A stretch of DNA of 64,000 nucleotides from a bacterium UBP13_UBA5359 (lineage in GTDB: Bacteria > UBP13 > UBA5359): NCBI GenBank assembly GCA_002410925.1, contig DHPR01000012.1, positions 20,643-84,642 on the forward strand, written 5' to 3'. Position numbers and translations under genes: made by a program. This document shows positions 52,596-62,573 of the stretch, in pieces. Numbering within the stretch: position 1 is the stretch's first letter; every line of letters begins with the position of its first letter. Below the pieces are notes generated by a model. The model saw only the letters and a program-made list of their open reading frames with translations, was not told the DNA's origin and did no database searches.

Positions 52596-55500
52596 TTATT
52601 TTTGTCCGGTTCCCGGCTTCAATTGATACACTTTGTAGCCATATCCCGGCAATTCCAAAGCTACACCCTGATTTTGGAGCAGGCTTCCATTTACAGACAA
52701 CTTCTTACCGGACAGCCTTTCAAGAAGATTTAAAGATATTTTGCCTTCCCATCCCAAAGCTTCCGTATTTACCTTAAATGTTGTTCGCTGCGACAATGCG
52801 CTTTCGGAATTGGCAAATACCAGCAAGGCCTCTGTTTCATTCCAATACACCGCAGCTTTGATAGATGGATTATCAGTCACAATAGCTCCCTGTCTTTTCC
52901 AATCATTAAAGTGAAGCTTGTTGAAATCGATACCCTTGAATGAACGGAACAGCTTCAGCCAGGGGCGTAATCTGGCCATTTTGTCCTCAAGATTGAACGG
53001 CCCTATATCCTCCGTTCTAACTATAGGGAATAAGCCGTTCAAAGCCAGCCTGCAAATAAAGGCATCAACATCTTTATCTGTACAGCGTATTCTCATCTTA
53101 CGGGGAAAAGCTCCGGCGTCAGCCTTGAAGCCCTCCTGAGGCAGCACCTGCCATGAAAAGACCGTATGTATATCGATGGCTCGCTGTGTATGCAGCGTAT
53201 GTAAGAAGCTCTCGGTCATTTGATCCAAATCAGGGACCCTGCCCTCGTTGCTATACCAGTAATTGAGCTCCTCTCCCACCCACAGGATATCGGCCAGGTT
53301 TTCCAGCATAATGGTAGGGTAATACCCTGTATGAGCCCAGACAAGGTCAAATTTCTTACGGGTCCATTCCATAAACTCCAGAACACCGCTGACATCAAGA
53401 TGTTCGTGTGCGGCATGTCGTGGATTCCAGCATGGACCACTCGGATAAACAAAGTCATAATAGACACCCTGCCAGCCGAAAAGATGATTCCAGTTCAGCA
53501 CCGTCTGCTGCCAGTAGTCATTGAAACTCTTAGCACTATGGCACATGTAATCGCCATAGGGATCCGGTTTAACCGGCAACTGTCGGCTCTGACCCATGCG
53601 CGCCCATTCCTCAACATGCTCCTTATACGCCGGTATCGTCGATCTCAGCAAACCTTTAGCGTAAAAAGGTACCACCTTTATACCGTATTTGTCGCCCCAG
53701 ACAGGCCATTGCATGGTGGTTTGAAAATAATCCCGGTCTTTGGGCGCCACCTCTTCCGGTTGCGGGGGAACTCCTCCCACTGCGCTTTTTGAATAGCCGC
53801 CATGATGAACTATATCAACGCCATTATCCGCCAGTTCCTTGAAAGCCTCTTCATTAAGCCATTTATACGTCGACATTACAGGTAAATGCTGCGGCGGCAG
53901 ATATCTGCCTATCATCGGCAAACCCAGATAATGTGAGTAATGCTTGGTGCCCGTTACAGTTGCAGGCTTATCCTTTCTGCAATAAGGCTCCACCAACAAA
54001 GAAGGTCCACCTGCCGTATTGCCTACCACGGCCCAATAACCATCATCATTATTGGCGGATATCTGATACCTCCATCCGTATGTATCGTCACCGGGCACAA
54101 AATCAATGCCTTCTCCACCCTGAGCAAACAAGGATATAAAACCGTATCCCAGTGTCTTTCCCTCCGTTATCGGTGAACCGGGAAAGACAGCACGTTTAAA
54201 AATGGCGACTACCGGCTTATAGCCACATCTATCCAGCAAGCTGTCAAAATCAAATTTGAGTACCCCTACTTTTTCTACCTTCTTTTCATCGTTAAAGTGA
54301 AAAAAGACTTTACGCTCAACGCAATGCGGCTTATATGTATATACCGCTTCATAACCAACACCGGAAGATTCACCCTTATCGGATTTTAACAAGCCCTTTA
54401 CCCGTATCTTCTCTTTGCCGGCTTCAAGAAGAGGGTTCTTCTCTTCCGTATTGGAATAAATTACACCATTTATTTGGACATATATGTTTTCCGGAGCGAC
54501 GAGAATATTCTTGCCGGACGCATATGGGAAACTGATGCCGGTAATGCCGCCGCCCGATATTTTCTCATGCTGCACCTTCCAAAATGGGCTCCGAACCTCA
54601 AAGCCTCCCGAAGTTGCAACTATCTTGATACCGCTGCCAGGCAACTCCTTATATGCAGTTTTTTTTACAGTCGCAGCCTTTACAGTCGAAAACATCCTCT
54701 CATACGCTGCAGTGATTCCAAATGCCTTGGTATTTTGTGCCACCAGCAGCAGACCGGCCGGTGGGAAGGAGTGTATCACCCCTTTTTGATCAACTTCACG
54801 GTAAAATACCGGTTCGTAGCTCAAATCGAAAGGTTCGCGATAATCCTTAATGCTTTTACGGTATGAGGACGCACTGAAGTCTCCCCGCAAGGATAAGATA
54901 ACCTTCTCCGTATTGGTAGGATAAAAAATTAACCTCGTGCCGGATTTAAAAGTACCCAAATGCTCTTCCATACCCAGACGTAACGGAATCTTCCCTATTC
55001 GGCTGATGCTTCTTCCATCCGGATATATTATCTCCATGCGACTGCCTACAAGCTCATAGGGTACGGATACATGTATGCCGCCGGGCTCGCTGCTTGAGCC
55101 CGAATTCTCCCAGCCAAACTCTACCCTGCTGTTATCTCCCCGTATTTGTGTAGTCCATGATGAAAAAAGTCTGCCCTTACCCGAAGCCTTAAAACCATTA
55201 TTATTCAGCGTTGTTTGCAATGACCAGGTATCATTTTCATAACCTGTATAGGACTGATAGCACTTACCTTCAAATCCTTCAATAGAGAACAGAGGGGTAT
55301 TTCCCAGTTCAAAGTAACCGGCTGCGTTATCCTGATTAACCCTCAAAGCAAAACATCCGGCTTTCAGCATATCAGAAGTGTTAAGCTCCTTGATGGTAAG
55401 CGTGAACCGGTCAGCCATGCCGAGAGAAAAAGTCAGTATCCTGCCGCCTGCCAGTGGTTGCACTCTGCTGATATCGATCTTGTTGCAAGGCTCCATCGAA

Positions 55501-56864
55501 AGTAATAATTTACGTCCCTGCCGCCAGAATGGAATAAGCACTCGCCCATCTTCGGCACTGCTTCCACCAACGAATTTCCGCCTTTGACCCTCTCTATTCT
55601 CGATATATATCGGAGTATCCTCATCCTCCAGCCAGCGCATCAGCTTAAGCGACACGGAGACAGGTTTCTTTTTCGCATCACCTGAAGGCAATCTCTCGTA
55701 GCTGATTCTGGTAATATTCTCAGCCTTCCCCTGATTTATCTCTACCTCTTTTCGCCATAAGCTATCCAGCTTACCGGAGGCAGCCAGCTTTATTGTTCCA
55801 TCCTGCGGCTGTAATATCATCAGCGGCAAAGCCAGCGGAACATTTGCTTTTGCCGGTGTACCAATAACAGGATCTTCCTGTTTTATGCCCTGTAATACCG
55901 ATAAGGAGCCATCACTCCAATCATATTTCCACTTTGCCCCTGATCGGACCTGAGCCTTCTCTCCCTCATTGAGGCTTATATACTCTATCAAAGGTTCTCT
56001 ATCATTAACTCGGTAATAGCGTATAACTCCGCTGCTTTTAGATATGCCGAAATTGGTCTCCGAGAATCTCACATTCGCATATGAATAGCTTCCTTCATTT
56101 TTTTCATCTTTGCGCTCCATAGCCGCTTCATTAATCAACGAATTCTTGCGACCATCATAAATTTTCATAATCTCTCCCGGCGCCAGCGCTCTTCTCCATA
56201 ACTTTACTTCACCTATAGCCCCATGAAACATCCTCCCGATAAATAGCGCTCCCGACCAATTAGCAATCCTGGTCAATTCGCTTTCTGCTTCCGGTTGCCC
56301 ATTGATATAAATCTTCCCGGTCTTACCATCCCAGGTAAAGACAGCATAATACCATTTGCCTCCTTCCCAAAGATTGGTTTTGGAAGTAACGGTTGAATAT
56401 TTTTGAGAATCTCCCGCAAGTAAAGCTAATCTACCGGTCTTCTCTCTAAAATTAAATGTATAACCTGAATTGTTGGCGAATCTGTTAACCAGATGCTGAA
56501 AACCCTGAAGATCCCTTCCTATAATAGCAGTGGGAGAGAACCAAACCTCCAGACTCATAGCATCCGTAAGAGAGTTCAGGCTTTCAGAGCTTTCCACCCT
56601 AACGCCCATGCCTCCCTCGAACTTTATTGTCTGCCCAAAACAACCTTTAGACCAGGCGCCGTCCAGTACCTTACCATCATTTCTATAAGATGATTTGTCG
56701 GCAAGAATGCTACCTTGCCCCTCATCAAATGCCCACCAGCCGACAATATCTTTATCCAGGTTCTGACACCTGCCGGTAGAGCTGAATACCGCTAAAACGG
56801 CGCCTATAAGCAATATGCCGATCAATGTCCTATAATGAGATCCATCAGTTTTGATCACTTTCAA
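52596..56864 (-). CDS. Very large secreted protein (1422 aa) with an N-terminal LamG/concanavalin-A-like domain. Putative carbohydrate-active or glycan-binding enzyme.
   Basis: Signal/anchor IGILLIGAVLAVFSS. The N-terminal …DIVGWWAFDEGQGS…DAMSLEVWFSP…IYINGQP… is a Laminin_G_3-like pattern. Long beta-rich body with a TIM-barrel-like C-terminal third. Confidence 0.45.
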   Translation of the reverse strand: MKVIKTDGSHYRTLIGILLIGAVLAVFSSTGRCQNLDKDIVGWWAFDEGQGSILADKSSYRNDGKVLDGAWSKGCFGQTIKFEGGMGVRVESSESLNSLTDAMSLEVWFSPTAIIGRDLQGFQHLVNRFANNSGYTFNFREKTGRLALLAGDSQKYSTVTSKTNLWEGGKWYYAVFTWDGKTGKIYINGQPEAESELTRIANWSGALFIGRMFHGAIGEVKLWRRALAPGEIMKIYDGRKNSLINEAAMERKDEKNEGSYSYANVRFSETNFGISKSSGVIRYYRVNDREPLIEYISLNEGEKAQVRSGAKWKYDWSDGSLSVLQGIKQEDPVIGTPAKANVPLALPLMILQPQDGTIKLAASGKLDSLWRKEVEINQGKAENITRISYERLPSGDAKKKPVSVSLKLMRWLEDEDTPIYIENREGQRRKFVGGSSAEDGRVLIPFWRQGRKLLLSMEPCNKIDISRVQPLAGGRILTFSLGMADRFTLTIKELNTSDMLKAGCFALRVNQDNAAGYFELGNTPLFSIEGFEGKCYQSYTGYENDTWSLQTTLNNNGFKASGKGRLFSSWTTQIRGDNSRVEFGWENSGSSSEPGGIHVSVPYELVGSRMEIIYPDGRSISRIGKIPLRLGMEEHLGTFKSGTRLIFYPTNTEKVILSLRGDFSASSYRKSIKDYREPFDLSYEPVFYREVDQKGVIHSFPPAGLLLVAQNTKAFGITAAYERMFSTVKAATVKKTAYKELPGSGIKIVATSGGFEVRSPFWKVQHEKISGGGITGISFPYASGKNILVAPENIYVQINGVIYSNTEEKNPLLEAGKEKIRVKGLLKSDKGESSGVGYEAVYTYKPHCVERKVFFHFNDEKKVEKVGVLKFDFDSLLDRCGYKPVVAIFKRAVFPGSPITEGKTLGYGFISLFAQGGEGIDFVPGDDTYGWRYQISANNDDGYWAVVGNTAGGPSLLVEPYCRKDKPATVTGTKHYSHYLGLPMIGRYLPPQHLPVMSTYKWLNEEAFKELADNGVDIVHHGGYSKSAVGGVPPQPEEVAPKDRDYFQTTMQWPVWGDKYGIKVVPFYAKGLLRSTIPAYKEHVEEWARMGQSRQLPVKPDPYGDYMCHSAKSFNDYWQQTVLNWNHLFGWQGVYYDFVYPSGPCWNPRHAAHEHLDVSGVLEFMEWTRKKFDLVWAHTGYYPTIMLENLADILWVGEELNYWYSNEGRVPDLDQMTESFLHTLHTQRAIDIHTVFSWQVLPQEGFKADAGAFPRKMRIRCTDKDVDAFICRLALNGLFPIVRTEDIGPFNLEDKMARLRPWLKLFRSFKGIDFNKLHFNDWKRQGAIVTDNPSIKAAVYWNETEALLVFANSESALSQRTTFKVNTEALGWEGKISLNLLERLSGKKLSVNGSLLQNQGVALELPGYGYKVYQLKPGTGQK

Positions 56865-56953
56865 TCACCCCGTAATTTGATATTATATTTATATTTCCCA
56901 CTATCCCTGCAATCATCTGCATAAAAACAATACCGTTCCTGCTACACGCCGTT

Positions 56954-58186
56954 TTAAAGTCGTAAGCTTACGCCCCGTTCATGGAGCAATCCGGATAGAA
57001 CTGTCACTGCTACGGTAAAAACAAGGGACATAAAAATCCCATTCAGCACTCCGCCGGGATAGCCGCCGATACCGAGTATTGCAAACAAGGGTTGTATGCA
57101 TAAAGGAGGTAAAATATACGCCAGCATAGGATTTTTACCCACCGACAGAAGCAATTTCCATTTTCCCATCGATACCTTTATTTCCAGCAAGAACAAAAGG
57201 ACAAAGATCACACAACAGATCGAACTGCTGTATAAAAGCCATGTAGGCGTAGAGTCGGTTTTAGATATACCGTAAGGCTGCAGGATGCTTCCTAATATGA
57301 GCAGCCCTGCAGCAAAAAGCAATACTGCCGAGATCCTTTTTGGAATGTTTGTCAAAGATGATTTGCTGAACATCATCATGGAAACGATAGCACCGGCAAT
57401 AGAAGCCGTAGCTGGAGCTGCTATATGGCGCCCGAGATAAATGTAAACCGCCCCCGGAATAATGTCCAACCTTGGGATCATGCCTCGCTGTTCACATACC
57501 TTAATCAGGATAAAGAGCCCAAGTATGCCTGACATAGCAACGACTTGTTTTCCCTTCAGTCTTTTACACAACAGATAGGCGGCGCATGTAAAAAGATATG
57601 CCCAGCCGATCAACCCGAGAATACCCCACCAGGCTGTTCTCAGCCAAATGGTATTTCCATCCGCATTACCTCTAAAAATTACCGCTAGGAAAACCAGTAT
57701 TCCGATTCCTGACAGATGAGACACCGTAGCAAGCCACGCTTTATCCCGGACATACGGATATTGGTTCCAGATCAGCATAACACCGGCAAACAGAAGAAGC
57801 TTCCAGACATCACTGCTCATACCCGTTGCCGCAGGCTGTATATCGGATGCATTCATCATATACACACCAACGACCAGCAGGCTGAAGCTTCGAGTAAGTA
57901 TCCTGCTCCATATCGCAGCACGTGGAAGCCCTTCTGACAAACGCTTATCAATTACTACGGGAACAACCATGCCGACTATAAACAGAAAAGCGGGAAACAC
58001 TACATCGACAAACGTCATACCGTTCACATTGCCGGGCATATGCTTCATCCACCACGGCACTCCGTCAATGCGAGCAACATCATTGACAAAGATCATAATG
58101 AATATAGTCAGGCCTCTGAATATATCTATTAAGTTAATGTGGTCGGCATAGGGCAACCGCTCCACGGCCTGGTCAGTCTTGCTCAT
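56954..58186 (-). CDS. Multi-pass membrane acyltransferase of the DUF1624/DUF5009 (heparan-alpha-glucosaminide N-acetyltransferase-like) family.
   Basis: 410 aa with ~11 hydrophobic helices. N-terminal signature …[27 protein letters not shown]…. Confidence 0.6.
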   Translation of the reverse strand: MSKTDQAVERLPYADHINLIDIFRGLTIFIMIFVNDVARIDGVPWWMKHMPGNVNGMTFVDVVFPAFLFIVGMVVPVVIDKRLSEGLPRAAIWSRILTRSFSLLVVGVYMMNASDIQPAATGMSSDVWKLLLFAGVMLIWNQYPYVRDKAWLATVSHLSGIGILVFLAVIFRGNADGNTIWLRTAWWGILGLIGWAYLFTCAAYLLCKRLKGKQVVAMSGILGLFILIKVCEQRGMIPRLDIIPGAVYIYLGRHIAAPATASIAGAIVSMMMFSKSSLTNIPKRISAVLLFAAGLLILGSILQPYGISKTDSTPTWLLYSSSICCVIFVLLFLLEIKVSMGKWKLLLSVGKNPMLAYILPPLCIQPLFAILGIGGYPGGVLNGIFMSLVFTVAVTVLSGLLHERGVSLRL

Positions 58187-58959
58187 TTGGCATCATACCT
58201 GAATATATTGCTGAGATTGTCGCCAACCACCGCGCGCGTCCAGTTCACGTGCCCGTCGCAGTAAAGTACATTCAGCCCGTTTGAATGTGCGCTGCGTAAA
58301 AATCTGTTATTCTGCCAGTCCTCACCCACAACACCAACTTTGGCCGTAGCATAATTGAAAGTAGCTCTGGCTTCTGTTAGGAGGCCGGTCGAAGCCGGAT
58401 TAATGATATTCCGGGTGTCTATCAAGCTGCTACTGGGTTCAGGGAACAAGGGCCAGAAGAGTTGACATATGCCGTAATCGCCAATCACTCTCTCTCCACC
58501 GCTACCGGTAAAGGGATCCAGCGACGGGCAATCATATACTGTATTGACGTATCTAGGGTTGGCAGAAGCATTATATTTGCCTTTGGCGCCGCTATATACG
58601 GCTATAATGTCCTGCCAGTAATAATTGACACCCTGCACTCCCGCCGTATTGCTGGGTATCGGAAACATCTCGTCAAAATCCTGAGCATACATCAGGAATG
58701 CACTGCCGAGCTGTTTAAGATTGCTTATGCAGGTAGCCTGCCTGGCTTTCTCTCTGGCCCTACCGAAGACAGGAAACAATATGGCAGCCAGCAACGCTAT
58801 GATTGATATTACAACTAAAAGTTCAATTAAAGTAAAGCCATATTTACATTCTGAGCTGAAGCAGCTCCGCTTCAGTCGACTCCCGCACATCGGAACAACG
58901 TCTGCACCTTGCCTCTTACCCTTTTGAAAAACATACATTTTATCTCCCTCTTTCAACAT
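58183..58959 (-). CDS. Prepilin-type N-terminal cleavage/methylation domain protein, H-X9-DG (DUF1559) family. True start probably internal.
   Basis: …[39 protein letters not shown]… then …[10 protein letters not shown]. Confidence 0.8.
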   Translation of the reverse strand: MLKEGDKMYVFQKGKRQGADVVPMCGSRLKRSCFSSECKYGFTLIELLVVISIIALLAAILFPVFGRAREKARQATCISNLKQLGSAFLMYAQDFDEMFPIPSNTAGVQGVNYYWQDIIAVYSGAKGKYNASANPRYVNTVYDCPSLDPFTGSGGERVIGDYGICQLFWPLFPEPSSSLIDTRNIINPASTGLLTEARATFNYATAKVGVVGEDWQNNRFLRSAHSNGLNVLYCDGHVNWTRAVVGDNLSNIFRYDAK

Positions 58960-58982
58960 TTAATTGAGATAAAATTCCCTCT

Positions 58983-60047
58983 TTAAAGCCTCTTTCTATC
59001 ATTGATAAGGCTATCTTTCCGGCATTTTGCACCACAAGATGCGCGGATAATCAATTTAGGTTCAAGAATAGTGTAACAGGGCTCAGGCTTCTTTCCCGCC
59101 ATCAAACTCATGAACATTTTGGCAGCAAGTTGCCCCATATCATACGCAGAAATGGAGACGCTGGTAAGCGGTGGTCGGCTTATAGCAGCAAATTGAAGAT
59201 CATTGAACCCTACTACGGCGATATCTTCGGGAACACGCAATCCGGCATCCTCTATAGCAGCAATTGCTCCTAAAGCCATGGTATCATCAGCACATATTAT
59301 GGCCGTGGGGCGATTATTACGATCAATAGTTTGCCTGGCAATCTTTAATGCATCTTCCCAGGAATAGTTACCTTTGATCACATAATCTTCATCAAAAGCC
59401 AGCCCTGCTTCATCCAGCGCCCGCTTATATCCCTTGAGCTTCTCATAATCCACAAGAAGCTCCATCGAACCGTTAATAAAGGCTATCTTCCTATGGCCGA
59501 TTTGCATAAGGTGGCGGGTTGCGGCATACATACCGGCTTCATAATCAGTGTACAAATAGCAGATATCATCATCCAGGTTTTGCGGTACGGAATTTAGAAG
59601 CATAAATGGAATATGCAGTTTTTTTAATCTCTTTAGATCTTCATGACTCAAATCCACACCGAAAACAATCAGGCCCTTGATAAAGTTCTTTTTCACACTG
59701 TTGACATCAGGCAAGCAACTGCCGGATACTCCAGAAGATGTATTAGCGCTGGCAACTTGGATATTACAGTTGTATTGCCACAATACCTCCTGCACACCTC
59801 TCAGCGTCTCATAGAAAAAAGGATACGTCAGTCTCTTGTAATTGTATACCAGAAATTGAATATTGCTTACTCTGCGAGCAATAAACCTCCTGGTAGCTTC
59901 GCCGCTGTTATAACCCTTCTCTTCAGCAAGCTGAAGCACCCTGGCCCTGGTATCTTCGTCAACCCGAGGCAAATCATTTAAAGCTCTCCAGACCGTAGTT
60001 CTGGATACTCCCAATTCCATAGCAATCTCTCTTATGCTTGTAGCCAC
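58983..60047 (-). CDS. LacI-family transcriptional regulator.
   Basis: 354 aa. N-terminal HTH …IREIAMELGVSRTTVWRALND… plus periplasmic-binding-protein-type effector domain. Confidence 0.9.
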   Translation of the reverse strand: MATSIREIAMELGVSRTTVWRALNDLPRVDEDTRARVLQLAEEKGYNSGEATRRFIARRVSNIQFLVYNYKRLTYPFFYETLRGVQEVLWQYNCNIQVASANTSSGVSGSCLPDVNSVKKNFIKGLIVFGVDLSHEDLKRLKKLHIPFMLLNSVPQNLDDDICYLYTDYEAGMYAATRHLMQIGHRKIAFINGSMELLVDYEKLKGYKRALDEAGLAFDEDYVIKGNYSWEDALKIARQTIDRNNRPTAIICADDTMALGAIAAIEDAGLRVPEDIAVVGFNDLQFAAISRPPLTSVSISAYDMGQLAAKMFMSLMAGKKPEPCYTILEPKLIIRASCGAKCRKDSLINDRKRL

Positions 60048-60078
60048 TTATCTATGATCCTTTCGGGCCGATAATATG

Positions 60079-60096
60079 TGTGTGACGTCACGCACA
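60079..60096. promoter_or_regulatory. Palindrome centred on GTGACGTCAC (tgtGTGACGTCACgcaca), ~35 nt upstream of the LacI-family regulator start. Candidate operator.
   Basis: Perfect 10-bp palindrome seen in the sequence. LacI-type operators are short palindromes. Confidence 0.35.
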
Positions 60097-60457
60097 TTCT
60101 TAATCCAAGTATACACCCGTAAAGCTACTTGTCAACCCCTCGAATTACCTCACTGAAAATCTACTCGAAATAGCATCGATGCTCATGGGAATTTCTGCTA
60201 TGGCAGAAAGCTCCGCCAAATCCAGCGCAAAATCAATCAGCTCACGCTAACGGCAGCCAAAGCAAGCTTCCGTCTTTGTTGGACTTCTTCGCCCAAAGGC
60301 TTTGCGCCGTTCGGGAGAGTTGTTTTAACATATGCCGACTAACCTTTACATTCATCTGATTTTGGGCGAGAATTTCTACAAAGGGATATTTTCATAATCT
60401 CATCAACGATTCGGTCGAACCGTTTGGATAATTTATCAGGAGCCCTGGCGCAAATAA

Positions 60458-61195
60458 TTACGCCTCGGGTGTTTCCTCATTCTGTCCTTGGATAAGGGAG
60501 ATGCAATACCTGAGATTCTCAAGCGCAAGCTCATCCTTCGGGTCCATTTCGACCGCTCTCTCCAGGGCTTCTCTTGCTTCGGTCAAATCTCCTCTTTCCA
60601 GAAGGCACCACCCGAGGTCATTCACACAGTCCTGGTTCTCCGGCTCCAGCTCAAGAGCCTGTTGAGCGGCTTGAACTGCCTCATCGTGCAAACCTTCGTG
60701 ACCGGCGCAGCATAGCAATCCTTGATACAATGCGACGGCATGGGGGAAAATAGAGATCGCCCTTCGGTAGAGTTCGAGGCCATCGGCATATTCCTTAATT
60801 CTAATGAGAAAGCTGCCGGCTTCGTCGATAATCTCACAAAGCATCTCAGTTTCCGCAGGAAGATCAAAAAGGGCAAAGAAGAGTTTCTTCCCTTCCAATT
60901 TCCTTTCACGCTGATATTCAACTGAGCCCAGGCTCATAATTGCAGAGGCATAGGTTGGCATCAATTCAAAAGCATGCTTGAGACTGGCAATAGATTCTTT
61001 AAAATTACCAAGTGCCGATTCAAACATGCTGTCCGCGTATGCAGCCTCTGCACAAAACTGCGTCCAGTCTTCATGCCCTTCCTGGTTTCTTTTTCTGGCC
61101 ACGATACACTTCACCTGTGATGATTTTCCGGAAACTGCGAAAATAATAGCACGGTAGGCCGGGCAAGTCAAACGCTTGGTAGGTCGGCAAGTCAA
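60458..61195 (-). CDS. Tetratricopeptide-repeat (TPR) protein. The track start is TTG; the true start is probably a downstream ATG (e.g. MFESALGNF…).
   Basis: Several TPR-like helical hairpins (…AVQAAQQALELEPENQDCVNDLGWCLLERGDLTEAREALERAVEMDP…). Confidence 0.65.
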   Translation of the reverse strand: MTCRPTKRLTCPAYRAIIFAVSGKSSQVKCIVARKRNQEGHEDWTQFCAEAAYADSMFESALGNFKESIASLKHAFELMPTYASAIMSLGSVEYQRERKLEGKKLFFALFDLPAETEMLCEIIDEAGSFLIRIKEYADGLELYRRAISIFPHAVALYQGLLCCAGHEGLHDEAVQAAQQALELEPENQDCVNDLGWCLLERGDLTEAREALERAVEMDPKDELALENLRYCISLIQGQNEETPEA

Positions 61196-61207
61196 GTCAA
61201 GTCAAAG
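61154..61207. repeat. Imperfect direct repeat GGTAGG(C/T)CGG(G)CAAGTCAA(A), two copies. The second is followed by a (GTCAA)x3 micro-tandem. Lies in the promoter / 5' region of the TPR gene.
   Basis: Seen directly: ggtaggccgggcaagtcaaa cgctt ggtaggtcggcaagtcaagtcaagtcaaag. Confidence 0.4.
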
Positions 61208-61317
61208 ACACGACGCGTATCAAATTTCCAAGACTGATTTAAAAGCTTACAATTTACTCAATAGCCTTTTAATATTGATATTCCATAGGAAAAACGGAAT
61301 GAAAGATGAAAAGAGCT

Positions 61318-62529
61318 TCACTGTTCGGTTCTATAAGCTCTGGGAGAACGACCGAATTCTTTTTTAAAAACCCTTATGAAATGGTGCTGCCCGCTGAAGC
61401 CGGCGGCAATGGCTATCTCTGTAAGATTAAGCCCTCCGCCGTGCATCAGCTTCAGGGCACGATCCAACCGCTCATGGTTAGCAAAATCGCTGAAGGTCAT
61501 CCCTACTTCACGATGAAATCGCTTACTCAGGTAAGTATAGCTCTGATTTGTGGATGCAGCCAGCCTTTTCAAAGTGATTTCAGCTAATTCTTCTGAGGAT
61601 AATTCTTTCAAAAGCTGTTGCAGCGGCTTTTGTCGTCCTCTCCCGGCAGCTACACCTCGTGCGGTATCTTCCGCTGCGCCTTTCATCAAATCTGCCAGAG
61701 AACCGATATCGTAAATCCGAAATATCTTGCCTGCAACTCCAGCCAGGAGCGTAAAAGCAGTCCTCTCCGGCATCCCCGATTCTATAGCTGTACGAGAGAG
61801 TATTACAGCCAATTCCTGCAAACGGACACGGATATAGAGCAGGTAGCCGATGTATTCCATTACAATAGCTTCCATAAGTGTCTGCATGTGCAAACGTGCA
61901 TCCGTCGGAAGACCTCCGGCAACAGCCCTTTTCAGCCGCTGCTCCAGGACGATTATCGAATCTGCCTTCCGATACTTTCCGCTCTCTTCAAAGCAATAAA
62001 CACGTCCGGGTCCTTCAAAGATTTTCTGTCTGAGCGCAGATAGCGCTCTGCATGATTGATCATGCCACTCCAACGGGCTGCCGGGCGAGCAGAGTATTCC
62101 GACTCCCGCCGTTAAAGGTAAAGAATGCCTTTCCCGGCTCAAATTAATAATCCTCTGGGCTATAACTTCCGCCTGCTTCTGTGTTTGTAAGTCGTTTTTT
62201 AACACAGCATTAATATAGGCGTGATTTCGCTGGGATATGTGAAAAAAGTGAGTATAGCCCTCCATAACCTCTTCAGCAATGCAGCGCAAATTATGCATAG
62301 CCGCTTCTCTGGCAAAGCTGTCGTACTCTTCATAATCATCAACGGAGAATACCATTATCAACGTGGGTATCTCCGTCAGGTTCATAAGCTCCAGCAAGGT
62401 TGAAAAAGCTGATACCGCATCCTCCGGACTGTCAAAAAGAAAGTTCTCCCATAAAGATTGCAGAGCCAGCTGCCGGCTCTCCCCGATTGTATTCCGGCTG
62501 AAAGTAAGGAGCTTCATAATAGAAATCAT
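61318..62529 (-). CDS. AraC-family transcriptional regulator with a large (~280 aa) N-terminal domain that I could not classify.
   Basis: 403 aa. C-terminus …YTYLSKRFHREVGMTFSDFANHERLDRALKLMHGGGLNLTEIAIAAGFSGQHHFIRVFKKEFGRSPRAYR (AraC double HTH). Confidence 0.75.
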   Translation of the reverse strand: MISIMKLLTFSRNTIGESRQLALQSLWENFLFDSPEDAVSAFSTLLELMNLTEIPTLIMVFSVDDYEEYDSFAREAAMHNLRCIAEEVMEGYTHFFHISQRNHAYINAVLKNDLQTQKQAEVIAQRIINLSRERHSLPLTAGVGILCSPGSPLEWHDQSCRALSALRQKIFEGPGRVYCFEESGKYRKADSIIVLEQRLKRAVAGGLPTDARLHMQTLMEAIVMEYIGYLLYIRVRLQELAVILSRTAIESGMPERTAFTLLAGVAGKIFRIYDIGSLADLMKGAAEDTARGVAAGRGRQKPLQQLLKELSSEELAEITLKRLAASTNQSYTYLSKRFHREVGMTFSDFANHERLDRALKLMHGGGLNLTEIAIAAGFSGQHHFIRVFKKEFGRSPRAYRTEQ

Positions 62530-62573
62530 ACTCTTTGCAAAATAATTATAACGCCCCCGCTGCTAAGCTGCCT

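Noticed and set aside
60048-60457. Possible tRNA or small RNA in the 410-bp spacer (a ggttcgacc-like segment near 60405).
   Set aside because: It does not match the T-loop consensus (GGTTCGAATCC). No acceptor or anticodon stem arrangement could be built by eye. Kept only as a generic RNA-seq suggestion.
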